A stretch of 64,000 nucleotides of DNA, from contig JBQLZK010000007.1 of NCBI GenBank assembly GCA_052168235.1, positions 32,001-96,000 of the forward strand, in the 5' to 3' direction. This document shows, in pieces, positions 41,593 to 52,185 of this stretch. The notes beneath the pieces are model-generated. The model saw only the letters and a list, made by a program, of their open reading frames with translations, was not told where the DNA came from and made no database searches. Each line of letters begins with the position of its first letter. Positions within the stretch are counted from its first letter, which is position 1. The stretch is from Thainema sp. (GTDB lineage: Bacteria > Cyanobacteriota > Cyanobacteriia > Phormidesmidales > Phormidesmidaceae). A program made the translations under genes and the position numbers.

Positions 41593-42210
41593 GTGAATCG
41601 TTCTGTGTCTGTGTCTAAGATAGCGGCTGAATCCACACATTCCTCTGTGCCAACCACTTCAGAAACCTTTCGGCTTTCGCCGATTGTCCGCATTACGCTG
41701 CTGAGTTTGTACGTAGCGCTGACGGCTCCCTTACCAATTCTGGCCCACGTCACTCACGCCCCGGTGCCACCAACATTATTAGTGCTGGGATTACTGCTGG
41801 GTGCGATCGCACTTTTTGCGGCTCTATCAGAACGAGTCATTGTAGATAAAAACGGCATTCGCGTTACCTATCCGGTCTGGGTACCTGGCTTTTTCCGGCG
41901 CGGCTGGCAGCTCAACTGGTCAGAAATTCAAGCTCTCAAACCCCGCTCGACGGGGCAGGGGGGACTGGTCTACTACTTTGTCAGTCAAGATCAGAAGGCG
42001 TACTTGCTGCCCATGCGCGTCGCGGGGTTTGCCCGTCTCGTCCGCCGAGTTGAACAGGAAACGGGGATCGACACGACCGATGTGCGTCCGCTGGCTCAGC
42101 CCTGGATGTATCTAATTCTGTTTGGCTTGACCAGTTTGCTGTTACTGGTAGATGCCTGGGTCTTTTGGACGGCATCGACAGGTGCGATCTCAACTAACGG
42201 GGCATTCTAA
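41593..42210 (+). CDS. Hypothetical membrane protein
   Basis: FRLSPIVRITLLSLY, TGQGGLVYYF, LLPMRVAGF, three TM segments. Confidence 0.8.
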   Translation: MNRSVSVSKIAAESTHSSVPTTSETFRLSPIVRITLLSLYVALTAPLPILAHVTHAPVPPTLLVLGLLLGAIALFAALSERVIVDKNGIRVTYPVWVPGFFRRGWQLNWSEIQALKPRSTGQGGLVYYFVSQDQKAYLLPMRVAGFARLVRRVEQETGIDTTDVRPLAQPWMYLILFGLTSLLLLVDAWVFWTASTGAISTNGAF

Positions 42211-42213
42211 ATC

Positions 42214-43005
42214 GTGTCAACTGGGTTAACTTCCACCACTGCTGCCACCTCACTTCGGCTGAACCAAGTTCATGTCTCAGCACCCAACGGCCCGACGGAA
42301 ATCCTGCACAACCTGACGTTTGATGTTCCTGCCGGAGCGTTTGCCCTGATTGTTGGCCCTTCAGGATCAGGCAAAACGTCTCTGTTGCGATTACTCAATC
42401 GGCTCAGCGATCCCGATCAGGGCAGCATCTTTCTGGGCGGACAAAACATCCGTCAACTGCCCGTCTTGGAACTGCGGCGGCAGGTGGTTCTCGTACCGCA
42501 AGAACCCAAGCTGCTGGGGATGACCGTGGAAGAAACGCTGCTCTATCCCCTCAAGCTGCGCGGCGTTGCCCCACGAGCCGCTCAAGCTCAGATGCAGCCT
42601 TGGCTAGAGCGCTTGCAGATTCCATCTGAATGGCTAGAGCGCAATGAACTACAGCTTTCCCTCGGTCAGCGTCAGCGAATTGCGATCGCACGTGCCCTCA
42701 TCCTTTCTCCTCCAGTCCTGCTCCTCGACGAACCCACGGCTTCTCTCGATCTAGGCCAAGCGACTAGTTTACTAACGCTGATTGCTGAGCTGACGCAGTT
42801 CGGCAATATGACCGTGCTGATGGCCAACCACCAGGTTGAACTAGCGCGATCGCGCTGTACCTATGTGGTTCAGCTCCAGCAGGGCAAACTGGTTCGCTCC
42901 GCACCCGCCGATCAAATTAACTGGGATGAAGTGAAATCCGACATTATCCAAGCTGAGCAGCGTGCCCAGGATGAATGGGATGATGCCGATGAAGAGGGAT
43001 TTTAG
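42214..43005 (+). CDS. ABC transporter ATP-binding protein
   Basis: GPSGSGKTS, LSLGQRQR, LLLDEPT. Confidence 0.92.
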   Translation: MSTGLTSTTAATSLRLNQVHVSAPNGPTEILHNLTFDVPAGAFALIVGPSGSGKTSLLRLLNRLSDPDQGSIFLGGQNIRQLPVLELRRQVVLVPQEPKLLGMTVEETLLYPLKLRGVAPRAAQAQMQPWLERLQIPSEWLERNELQLSLGQRQRIAIARALILSPPVLLLDEPTASLDLGQATSLLTLIAELTQFGNMTVLMANHQVELARSRCTYVVQLQQGKLVRSAPADQINWDEVKSDIIQAEQRAQDEWDDADEEGF

Positions 43006-43517
43006 GATTGGCTCAACAGCAGTCGAGGTGGCGTCAGCCAAAATAGCTCACTGTTGCCCAGCGCGGTTGCAAGATCATCCGGTAAACTGAGGCCGATAAT
43101 GCCTGCTTTTTTGAGCTGGATGTTTCCGCGTACTGTACTGCCAATTAGCTGTTCTGCCCACATACTCAGGTCAGGTTCGTGACCCACAAAAGTGATTCGA
43201 GTGGGTTGATCCAGTGATTTTAGAATAGTTGCGAGATCGGCTAAGGCGCGATCGCACTCTCCTCCGGGTGCAAGCTGATTAAACACCTGCACCGATGAAC
43301 CGAGTCCAACCGCTTGCAAAATATCAGCCGTTTGCCGAGCGCGCACCAGCGGACTGGTCAAAATCAGATCAAACGTGATCCCCAATTCCTTTAGTCGCTG
43401 CGCTACCTGCTGCGTTTTCCGTTCGCCTTTGGGAATCAGCGGACGTTCATCATCGTTTGCATAGGTGCCTCGCTCAGCAGCGATGCCGTGTCGAATCAAG
43501 TAAAGCTCAATTGCCAT
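43002..43517 (-). CDS. sixA: Phosphohistidine phosphatase
   Basis: LYLIRHG, SPLVRARQTA, VGHEP. Likely start ATG 43517. Confidence 0.92.
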   Translation of the reverse strand: MAIELYLIRHGIAAERGTYANDDERPLIPKGERKTQQVAQRLKELGITFDLILTSPLVRARQTADILQAVGLGSSVQVFNQLAPGGECDRALADLATILKSLDQPTRITFVGHEPDLSMWAEQLIGSTVRGNIQLKKAGIIGLSLPDDLATALGNSELFWLTPPRLLLSQS

Positions 43518-43528
43518 CGGTTTAATAA

Positions 43529-43792
43529 TCAGGTCTTTCGGCGTTGCCAAAGGGCAATTTGCTGATGTTCACCAGCACTTAAAATGTATTGTCCATCTGG
43601 ACTGAAAGCAACTGTATAAATGGGACGCTGACCCCAAATTTTTTCTTCTGCCTGCTGGCGCTGCGCTGGATCATTCGGAAAACTATCGGGATGCCACTGC
43701 TTTGCTAGCTGCCGATACGCCTGTTTGATTTCTGTAACGGAAGCCCCAGGCTGTAGACCCAAAAGCGCATAATATTCGCTAAAACTCTGCAT
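43529..43792 (-). pseudogene. J-domain fused to a single terminal WD40 repeat (internally deleted gene)
   Basis: YYALLGL...IKQAYRQLAKQWHPD...AEEK runs directly into IYTVAFSPDGQYILSAG...IALW. Confidence 0.7.
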
Positions 43793-43968
43793 GAACGCTG
43801 CTTTTACCAAACGCCTTGAGATCAGAATTCCCCAATTGTCCTCTTGCATAGCTCGGACAAAAAAATGCACCCAAAGCGCACAAAACCTCTGGGTGCATTT
43901 TTTGAAAGACTCAGCTCAGTTTGAACCTAAATTGGTTACGGAATATGCGATCGCATTAATCGCGAAGA

Positions 43969-45165
43969 CTAATCGTGAGAGATCAAATCTTTATCCGGAT
44001 TTACTAGACTCATCAGCTTTTGCTTAATTTGCATATCAAAAGCTTCCCACTTGAGTTTGGTGTAGTTGCTGTCTTCATTGTTCCCAGAAAGGAAACCAAC
44101 TGGGATTTCAAAGCCACCCGCCATTGCTCGTCCGCCACCGAAGAAACCGCCCTGCTGGTTTTTGCCAAACGCTTCCTTGATGAACTCATCAGGATCGAGG
44201 GTGATATTGGATGTGCGCAGCGAACCAATTACCAGCTCTAGTTCTTCGTCTTCATCGTGAACGATGCCGTACACAATTGCAGTGTGGATATTTTCCTCAG
44301 TGACCAAGAAGTCTGCCGCTTGAGGAATAGCATCACGGTCGTCATACCGGAGATAGCCAACGCCTGCAATTGAGTAACTATTTTGAATGATGCGATTGCG
44401 CAGAGACCGCTCTATAACATCCATCACCCGCCGAGATCGCGATGCTTGCAGCACAGCACTCAGTAACTGGGTATCACAGTACTGACTGAGATAGGCAGCA
44501 GCCAAGAAATCCTCTTGGCGAGCCTGCATTAACCGATTCGTGTCCGTGCGTAAACCATGCATCAAGGCAGTAGCACATTTAATATGCTCGCGATTGTTGG
44601 GGTCTAGTGTCAGTAGACCAACTTCCAAATACTGCGTCAGGATTGTAGCTGTAGCGCGAACATCTGGACGCAGATCAATAAATTCGGGTTCTAAATTACC
44701 CTGGGGAGCATGGTGGTCAATAATTGCGACGACAGGCAAACCGCGATCGCGAATCGGAGCCGTCAACTGGCTGGTCGTGCCCTGATTGTCAATAAACACA
44801 CAGCCACGGTACATGGAAAAATCGCGCTCAGCCAGCGATGGAACCGACCATCGCTGGACAGGCAGCGCCGTCAGTTTAACCAGCGCAATATTTTCCTGAT
44901 GGCTTAGGGTTCCGGCATAGACAATATCACACTGAATATCGTACTGCTGAGCAATCAGGCGATAGGCCCAAGCGCTAGATAACGCATCTGGGTCAGGAAA
45001 ATCCTGCAGAATAACAATCTGGCGCTCCCCAGCATGATTTTCCATCATGTTTTCTAGGGCTTTCGCCTTTTGTATAGTTGGTGGAATACCATTACCACCA
45101 TTTTGCTCATTCGATTGAGAGCGAAATTGCTCAATAAGAGGATTGTCAGTTGGCATTAGATCCAA
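43969..45165 (-). CDS. DHH family phosphoesterase (NrnA-like)
   Basis: QDFPDPDA, IDNQ, IIDHH, LRTDT, GSLR, FGGG...AGG. Confidence 0.9.
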   Translation of the reverse strand: MDLMPTDNPLIEQFRSQSNEQNGGNGIPPTIQKAKALENMMENHAGERQIVILQDFPDPDALSSAWAYRLIAQQYDIQCDIVYAGTLSHQENIALVKLTALPVQRWSVPSLAERDFSMYRGCVFIDNQGTTSQLTAPIRDRGLPVVAIIDHHAPQGNLEPEFIDLRPDVRATATILTQYLEVGLLTLDPNNREHIKCATALMHGLRTDTNRLMQARQEDFLAAAYLSQYCDTQLLSAVLQASRSRRVMDVIERSLRNRIIQNSYSIAGVGYLRYDDRDAIPQAADFLVTEENIHTAIVYGIVHDEDEELELVIGSLRTSNITLDPDEFIKEAFGKNQQGGFFGGGRAMAGGFEIPVGFLSGNNEDSNYTKLKWEAFDMQIKQKLMSLVNPDKDLISHD

Positions 45166-45564
45166 AAATAGTGATCAGCGAAGGATCGTGTTGAATTAAC
45201 AATATAGAGGCAATCAGGGGTTAGATGGAAGTACGGGTACCTGGAGTAAAATTTGGGCCGCGTTGGTTACGTTCACTTCAGCTTGCTTAGCCCAGTTACC
45301 GATGCCTCTCATATCAAATTTTGACTCAGTGGAACTGGATTGCACTCCACACTTTAAATTGTCGCAAAAATTTTCGAAATGTACCTGCCCTTGCGAGGGA
45401 GTTTACCCACCCAACTATTTACGGATCATGACATCTTCAAGTTAAATACAGCCAGAAGTTAGATCCAGCTAGTTAAACGCAGCCACAATGAAGCGAGAAC
45501 TGGACAAGGGGCTCTGTGTTGCAGAACCCCTCGTTTAATTCGTCTGAAACGATTTCGATTGAAA

Positions 45565-46329
45565 TTACTTCGATGCCATACCACGAGTTGTGCGGAAGGT
45601 GACGTTTACCCCTTCATTGGACTGTTCTAATACCAAAAGCGGTGTCGGCTTGGCCTTTTGGTCCCAGTGCATGGAGGCAATGCGCCCTTGAATCGTTGGT
45701 TGCCAGGTGTCGTGATCGGCATTGGGGCTGAGGTACGTTTCAATGCAGTCTACAATCTGGCTGATTGTAGTGGAAGTCGCCTGAGTCGGTAGCTTCATCA
45801 GCCGAATTTGAATCCGGAATAGAATACGCTTGGTGCCCTTTGGCATATCGCCCGGTTCGTATTCCACATCAAAAGTTTCGTCAATTTGTCGCCCTGTGCT
45901 GGCAATTCCAACAATTCCGCCAGAGGAAGGACTGGCACGCAGCGCCACGCTGATCCGCTGTTTTACCTTCATCTTGAGCTGATTCAGGATATAGAAGTGG
46001 AAAACTTCTTCATCCATTCGCATTCGCAAGTAATCGAGGTTGAACTCCCGTGAGTGGATCAGGTCGGGGTTCGTTTCCATCTTGGTGATGGTTCTCAATG
46101 CCAGCTTCAGCTTCTTTTTCAGCTCACGGTTTTTGAACTCTTCGAAGCGTGCCTGCTTTTTCACCTTCTTCATTTGAATATTGGAGAAGATCGCCAAGCC
46201 AACCAGCACCAGAAACAGTAGACCAGTACTGGCCATCCAAATCTGTGCGGATGAACCACCGGGTTCAGCGGCTGTTGCTTCAGGGGTTTGCGCAAGCTGT
46301 GGAGAAATCGAAACGATTGAGTTGGACAT
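45565..46329 (-). CDS. Hypothetical single-TM protein
   Basis: N-terminal TM helix, short coiled coil, then NPDLIHSREFNLDYLRMRM and WDQKAKPTPLLVLEQ. Confidence 0.8.
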   Translation of the reverse strand: MSNSIVSISPQLAQTPEATAAEPGGSSAQIWMASTGLLFLVLVGLAIFSNIQMKKVKKQARFEEFKNRELKKKLKLALRTITKMETNPDLIHSREFNLDYLRMRMDEEVFHFYILNQLKMKVKQRISVALRASPSSGGIVGIASTGRQIDETFDVEYEPGDMPKGTKRILFRIQIRLMKLPTQATSTTISQIVDCIETYLSPNADHDTWQPTIQGRIASMHWDQKAKPTPLLVLEQSNEGVNVTFRTTRGMASK

Positions 46330-47017
46330 GGTTCTTTTGATAGCTCAATCTAATTAAGAAGGGATTGACAGCAGAAGGTTGATTAAACGCGATCGCAGTT
46401 TATATTGCCAACGTATCATTTTGGCCATTCAAATCAGGTTTAAATCAGAACAAAACGCAGAATAAGTTATAAAATCTGCATCACTTTAGGGAGTATCTGG
46501 CAATTACAAGAACTGTCAGCTTTGTCTGTCCTGTTTCTGTTGTTCTATTTATAGAGTTCCCACTTCCTGGAACAAATTCATCATTTACTCTGAGAGTCGT
46601 AATGTACGCTCAGAGATAAAGACCCAAAGCCAACGTACTTCCAGAGCCATAATGCGATCGCACCTGAAGTGAGATAGTTTATTATCTTGAAGCCGATAGT
46701 GGTCAATCCAGTTGATTCTGATTCAAACTTTACATAGTCCGCACAAAGAGCGTCTAGTCTTCTAGCTTTATTACTTTGGGAAGAAGCTTGAAGATTTACG
46801 TTGGTAACAACCACCCGATGGGTTAGGGCATCACCATTGAAGTGAGCTGACATGAAATTGATGTGGAGTAGCTCTGCCTCATCCCCAACGTCCCAACCCT
46901 CAACGGCTAGCACCGTAACTGGCACGATTAACTGGCACTATAAGTCCACTGGCAGGCTAAAAAAGATGCCAGACTCAAAATGGTTGTGGTTAACCCCCAT
47001 AATGCGAGGATCTACCT

Positions 47018-49018
47018 GTGACGCTGCACAATCCAGAGGGGCAATCTAAATTGAACCCAATACAGGACAATAATGCACGTCACACCTATCAGGTGCTCGA
47101 ACAACTGACCGTTGGTGTTTACCATACCGATGCATCGGGTCACCTGATCTATGCTAATCCAGCCTTTTGCCGCTTTGTTGGCCTGGATTGGCCGCATCTA
47201 TCTGGGCAGCTCGTTCAATCGTTTATTGATGCCAACTATCGAACCCAGTATGTGCAGCAGGTCAAATCACTCATTGCAGGGCTTATCTCAGATCCCCCTA
47301 CCGGCCTACCCGCAGAACAGGCAGCAGAAATTCACTTAGAGCAACAATATGTGCGACAGGATAGTCAGCGCTGCTGGGCCAATGTTGTATTGTCTGCAGC
47401 TTGGCTGGAAACCTCATCAACCACCACTGATCGGCAGCATTGGGACAAAAGCCAATCAAGTCATCAAACCAGGCATGGCCAAACCGCCAGTATTTTAGTA
47501 GTGGTTCTGCCAAAGCACCAAAGCATCGAAACAAGCCACAACTCAGAACTACGTCGTTCTGAAGAAAAATTTGCTAAAACATTTCGCTCAAATCCCGATG
47601 CCATTTCGATTTCCAAACTGTCTGACGGACGTTACATCGATATCAACGATAGCTTTCTCCACATGTTCGGCTATCAGCGCCATCAGGTAATTGGTCGTAG
47701 CTGTTTTGAACTGAACATTTGGTCTCATCCCGCCGATGCAGAAACCGTCCGTCAACTCTTAATTTCAAATCAAGTCATTCGCAGTCAAGAGTATCAATGT
47801 TGCACCCGTTCGGGTCACCAAATTCTAGTTCTTTATTCAGCCGAGCTGATTACTCTAGACGATCAGCCTTGTATTCTGGCGTTTCGCAAAGATATTACAG
47901 AATATCGGCGGACTGAGCGACTGATGGTGCAGCAGGCTGAACGCGATCGACTGTTAACTCAGATGACGCAGCGGATCCGTCAATCCCTTGATCTCGATGA
48001 GATTTTGAACACCGCCGTGTTAGAAATTCGGCAAATTCTGAAAACGGATCGGGTAATTGTATATTGCATACCGGATCAGGGAGATGGAGAGGTAATTGTC
48101 GAGTCAGTAGACCCGCAGTGGCCGTCTATGATGGGACAAATGATTGCTGACCCAGCGGGGATGGCAGATCAGAGCGCCTTAGCCATTGACCAAGAGGAAC
48201 TGTACGGGAATGAGCTAGAAAGTTTAGGCAGTGAGCTGCCGGAACTGGAATATACCCATTTACTAGAGCAGTTTGATGTCCAGTCCAATCTAGTGATTCC
48301 CATCTTTGCTGGTGATGTTTCCTGGGGCTTTCTAGAAGTTCATCACTGTTCGGCGCGGCGACAGTGGCAGCCTTGGGAAGTCAACTTACTCACTCAGCTT
48401 TCCGATCAGCTTTCGATCGCCATTCAGCAGTCTCAGCTTTACATGAAGCTGAGGGAGGCAAACCATGAACTCCAGCGGATTGCACTGCTGGATGGCTTAA
48501 CCCGCATTGCCAATCGCCGCTGTTTAAACACTCAACTAGAACAGGAATGGCGACGGTCAGCCCGTGAGCAGCAGCCGCTCTCACTTTTGTTGTGCGATAT
48601 TGATTATTTCAAGCCTTATAACGACCACTATGGACATCCTGCTGGAGATCAGTGTTTGATTGATGTAGCACAGGCACTGGTTCGGGCTTCGCGGCGGCCA
48701 GCGGATTTGGTCGCTCGGTATGGAGGAGAGGAGTTTGCGGTCATCTTACCAAATACCAATCAATCTGGAGCGATTCGGGTGGCGCAGGCCATGAAAGCAC
48801 AGATCAAACGGCTCAATATTCCCCATAAGTTTTCTCAGGTTTCGTCGCAAATCACGATGAGCATGGGCATTGCTACGATCATCCCACAACCGAACAGTTC
48901 TTACGAACCGCTGATTAAAGCAGCCGATGAGGCGCTCTACACGGCCAAACTACAGGGTCGCGATCGCATTTCTTGCTATCGCTGGCATAAAACAAAAAAT
49001 GCGCTTACATCTGAATAG
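47018..49018 (+). CDS. PAS-PAS-GAF diguanylate cyclase
   Basis: Two PAS domains, GAF (IRQSLDLDEIL...DRVIVY), RPADLVARYGGEEF. Confidence 0.92.
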   Translation: MTLHNPEGQSKLNPIQDNNARHTYQVLEQLTVGVYHTDASGHLIYANPAFCRFVGLDWPHLSGQLVQSFIDANYRTQYVQQVKSLIAGLISDPPTGLPAEQAAEIHLEQQYVRQDSQRCWANVVLSAAWLETSSTTTDRQHWDKSQSSHQTRHGQTASILVVVLPKHQSIETSHNSELRRSEEKFAKTFRSNPDAISISKLSDGRYIDINDSFLHMFGYQRHQVIGRSCFELNIWSHPADAETVRQLLISNQVIRSQEYQCCTRSGHQILVLYSAELITLDDQPCILAFRKDITEYRRTERLMVQQAERDRLLTQMTQRIRQSLDLDEILNTAVLEIRQILKTDRVIVYCIPDQGDGEVIVESVDPQWPSMMGQMIADPAGMADQSALAIDQEELYGNELESLGSELPELEYTHLLEQFDVQSNLVIPIFAGDVSWGFLEVHHCSARRQWQPWEVNLLTQLSDQLSIAIQQSQLYMKLREANHELQRIALLDGLTRIANRRCLNTQLEQEWRRSAREQQPLSLLLCDIDYFKPYNDHYGHPAGDQCLIDVAQALVRASRRPADLVARYGGEEFAVILPNTNQSGAIRVAQAMKAQIKRLNIPHKFSQVSSQITMSMGIATIIPQPNSSYEPLIKAADEALYTAKLQGRDRISCYRWHKTKNALTSE

Positions 49019-49280
49019 TTCGCCATAGTCCACCAGAATTTGCCATAATTCGCCCCAATTCCCATCAAAATTCGCCAAATCACGTGCAGCAGCCCGAATC
49101 ATCCTGAACTTTGTCATGTCGTTGCGTAGTGTGATGCGTATCGGGCAATATATTTCCGGCGTACAGTCCCCATGACTTTAATCACCCAACTGAGAAGGGG
49201 GATTGCCATATCATGTGTACTGTACGCAACCTGCGCAACCTGCTTTCGCAATCGGGTATTCAACCTCTATCAAGACGCAC

Positions 49281-50294
49281 ATGGAATTGATTAAATCGGC
49301 TCTCATCCTCCTTATCAAAACTGGAATCGGGATGAGTGGAATTGCCCTCCTCGGGTATTTAGGTATTTGTGGCTATTTGTACATTAGACAGGCACATTTC
49401 ATCTTTTTCCCAACAGTTGGTCTTGCTGAAACTCCAGCCGATCGCAATTTGGCCTATCAAGATGTTTGGCTAACACCAGTTGAAGAACCAACTTCAGCAA
49501 CTGGCTCCCACTTAGGCTCTAAATTTAACTTGCCGGGTTGGGCAACTGCTCAAACTGCCAAACGAGATCGCATTCACGGCTGGTGGATACCAACCTCAAC
49601 ATCTGCCGATTCCCCATCACGCATTACCCAAACAGCTCCCGATGTTTTGCTCTATCTGCACGGCAATAGCGGCGGTGTCGATGTCAATTTGAACCATGCT
49701 GCCCGATTTCAGCGTTGGGGACTCTCAGTGCTGCTGATTGACTATCGTGGCTATGGACTCAGCACAGGCGCATTTCCGTCCGAACAGCAGGTTTACCAGG
49801 ATGCCGAAACGGCTTGGCATTATTTAGTACATACGCAAAATATTGCGCCCCACCGTATCATTATCTACGGGCATTCTTTAGGTGGTGCGATCGCAACTGA
49901 ACTGGCTAGTCGTCATCCAGATGCCGCCGGGTTGATTGTTGAAAGCTCATTCACCTCAATCGAAGCGATGGCAACTGTGCGAGGACGGTACAGCCTAATT
50001 CCGGTTAATCTGATTCTGCACCAGCGGTTTGACTCGATCCAAAAAGCGCCAGCATTAGAAATGCCGAGCTTATTCATTCATGGCCTACAAGATAGCGAAA
50101 TTCCTTATCAAATGAGTGAACAGCTCTATCAATCAGCTCCAGAACCGAAACAGCTTTGGTTAGTGCCAGGGGCAGGGCATGCTGACACAGCATCGCTCTA
50201 CGAAACGGCCTATCGCGATCGCATTCGCCAGTTCATTCACCTGATCCAGCAGCACCAAGCTCAACCGTTTGAATCCACCCCACTAGCTCAATAG
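49281..50294 (+). CDS. Alpha/beta hydrolase with N-terminal TM
   Basis: YLHGN, IDYRGYG, GHSLGG, IHG.QD, GAGH. Start uncertain. Confidence 0.9.
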   Translation: MELIKSALILLIKTGIGMSGIALLGYLGICGYLYIRQAHFIFFPTVGLAETPADRNLAYQDVWLTPVEEPTSATGSHLGSKFNLPGWATAQTAKRDRIHGWWIPTSTSADSPSRITQTAPDVLLYLHGNSGGVDVNLNHAARFQRWGLSVLLIDYRGYGLSTGAFPSEQQVYQDAETAWHYLVHTQNIAPHRIIIYGHSLGGAIATELASRHPDAAGLIVESSFTSIEAMATVRGRYSLIPVNLILHQRFDSIQKAPALEMPSLFIHGLQDSEIPYQMSEQLYQSAPEPKQLWLVPGAGHADTASLYETAYRDRIRQFIHLIQQHQAQPFESTPLAQ

Positions 50295-50298
50295 CAAT

Positions 50299-50934
50299 TC
50301 AATAGCAATAACGTCCGCCCTTATCTGGACTTCCTTGGTTCTTGGCATCTCGCAGTGCTCCGAGCAAGGTTGACACAAAGACGCATCGTTTCAAACGTCC
50401 ACCGTTATGCCCCGTAAACGTTAGCCGTCCTAGTTGCCCGTTCACATGTCCCTGATAATTGAAGCGCATACGGTAAACTCCACTTGCTTTTGGAAACGTT
50501 GTTTCCGCCGTATCGATCTTCACAACAGACGTTAACGGTTGCCAAGTTGCCTTTGCTGGAGGCAATGTCACAGCATGGCTGGCCCACTCCACCTGATCAC
50601 CGACCTGCCGAAAACTTGCTTGCCAGGGTGTGCGGCGATGGATAGCTTCAAGTTGAGCTTGACGAATAATCTGATGGGCATCACTTTGCGCCACATTGAG
50701 CTGCTGACGCGTCAATAAGCCATTCCAGCTTGGAGCCACAATCAGCATCAAAATCCCCACAATGAACAAGACAATCAGGATCTCAAGCAGTGTAAAACCC
50801 GATGCCTGCGGCGCAGGATCAGGTGTACCATCAGCAACCCGATCAGACCAGAACCTACGAGACGAACGATTTCCGCACCAGCCCAACAGACGACGGCCTC
50901 CTTGAAGCCGCATCCTCCACTGCCGTTTCAACAT
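50299..50934 (-). CDS. Minor pilin (FimT/GspH-like)
   Basis: Prepilin site G|FTLLEILIVLFIVGIL; C-terminal Cys pair. Confidence 0.85.
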   Translation of the reverse strand: MLKRQWRMRLQGGRRLLGWCGNRSSRRFWSDRVADGTPDPAPQASGFTLLEILIVLFIVGILMLIVAPSWNGLLTRQQLNVAQSDAHQIIRQAQLEAIHRRTPWQASFRQVGDQVEWASHAVTLPPAKATWQPLTSVVKIDTAETTFPKASGVYRMRFNYQGHVNGQLGRLTFTGHNGGRLKRCVFVSTLLGALRDAKNQGSPDKGGRYCY

Positions 50935-51588
50935 AAAGTACTACACCCTTGATTCTGAAAAATTCACTGTGTATTCAACTGTTGTTCAACAGTTGAGCTC
51001 AACACATTGCGCTTAACAGGCACGCTGCGGACACCTTGCTTCGCGCAGCTGCGATATACCTGTTCTGAATGGGGACAAAAATTTGGACAAAACCAAACCT
51101 AGAACTGTTGATGTGGTGTTGCGATCTCAATTCAGCTAAACGATGGTCAGCCTGTTGAGATCTCGTTCAACGCACTCAGTCTATTTTTAAAATGCCCGTC
51201 TCTGAATTGCAGTTAACGTCTGACCATCGTCATAAGACAATTTTTTTGGCAGAGCATCTGAGTCTACGGAGTCTCAAACCGATAAACCCAGTAGCATTCA
51301 CTACTCAGTCTTTCAATTAGCTGCATGATATTGCGCAAAAAACTCTTGCAGTTTTTCCCAGAATAGCGGTAGCTGATCCGCGATCGCGCAATTTTCGAAA
51401 AAATTTTCCGTCTTTTCCTGAATTCTTGAAAGCCTTACTAGTCAAAGGATTTAGAGGTATCGCAGCTTGACCTCTACTCGATTTTCTGGAAAAAATTGGT
51501 TGGGGGTGATCGATCTGGCTGAAAAGGTGGGCAAGTTATTCTCAGGAGTTAGAAATCAGCTATCCCACCTCTCAAGGAGATTAATTAA

Positions 51589-52053
51589 ATGAACAGCGTA
51601 TTTGCAGCAAAGTACATCGGCCAACTACTCAACAAGAAGCGTAACAACGAGGGTTTCACCCTAATCGAACTGTTGGTTGTTATCATCATCATCGGTATTC
51701 TGGCCGCGATCGCACTACCTTCTTTCCTCAACCAAGCTAACAAAGCTCGTCAATCCGAAGCTCAAACCTACGTTGGTTCCATGAACCGCGCTCAGCAAGC
51801 TTACTACCTTGAGCAGCGTGAGTTTTCCGGCACGTTAGAGGGCCTAGAGCTCGGTATTAGCGATACTGAAAACTATGCTTACACCATTGAGGGTGGTGGT
51901 GCAGACAGCACTGAAGTCACCAACGTTGCAACAGCAAGCGGTGAAGACCTCAAGTCCTATGCTGGTGCAGTTTGGCTGGGTGAAGGTGATGACGGTAACG
52001 CAACCACCTTTGCTAAGGTTTGCCAAGATGCAACCACCTGTGAGCCTGACTAA
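51589..52053 (+). CDS. pilA: Major type IV pilin
   Basis: EG|FTLIELLVVIIIIGILAAIALPSFLNQANKARQSEA, NRAQQAYYLE; RBS aaggag; strongly biased codon use. Confidence 0.93.
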   Translation: MNSVFAAKYIGQLLNKKRNNEGFTLIELLVVIIIIGILAAIALPSFLNQANKARQSEAQTYVGSMNRAQQAYYLEQREFSGTLEGLELGISDTENYAYTIEGGGADSTEVTNVATASGEDLKSYAGAVWLGEGDDGNATTFAKVCQDATTCEPD

Positions 52054-52101
52054 TAATCAAGGAACTACAGGCATCTAGTCTAGAAATTATATAATTTGCT
52101 T

Positions 52102-52135
52102 ACAGCCGCTAAAAAACTATACTTTTAGCGGCTGT
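52102..52135 (+). terminator. Stem-loop after pilA
   Basis: acagccgctaaaa...ttttagcggctgt. Confidence 0.65.
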
Positions 52136-52185
52136 GGCATATTTATGTAAGATGAAATGCACCCAATTTCTCTGTATACAGAGCA

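Noticed and set aside
46581..47049. ORFs 46581-46925 (-) and 46852-47049 (+)
   Set aside because: No recognisable motifs or RBS; more likely promoter DNA between divergent genes.
51525..51540. SigF/SigJ-type promoter before pilA (GGGCAAG)
   Set aside because: Only a partial match and too short to support without TSS data.
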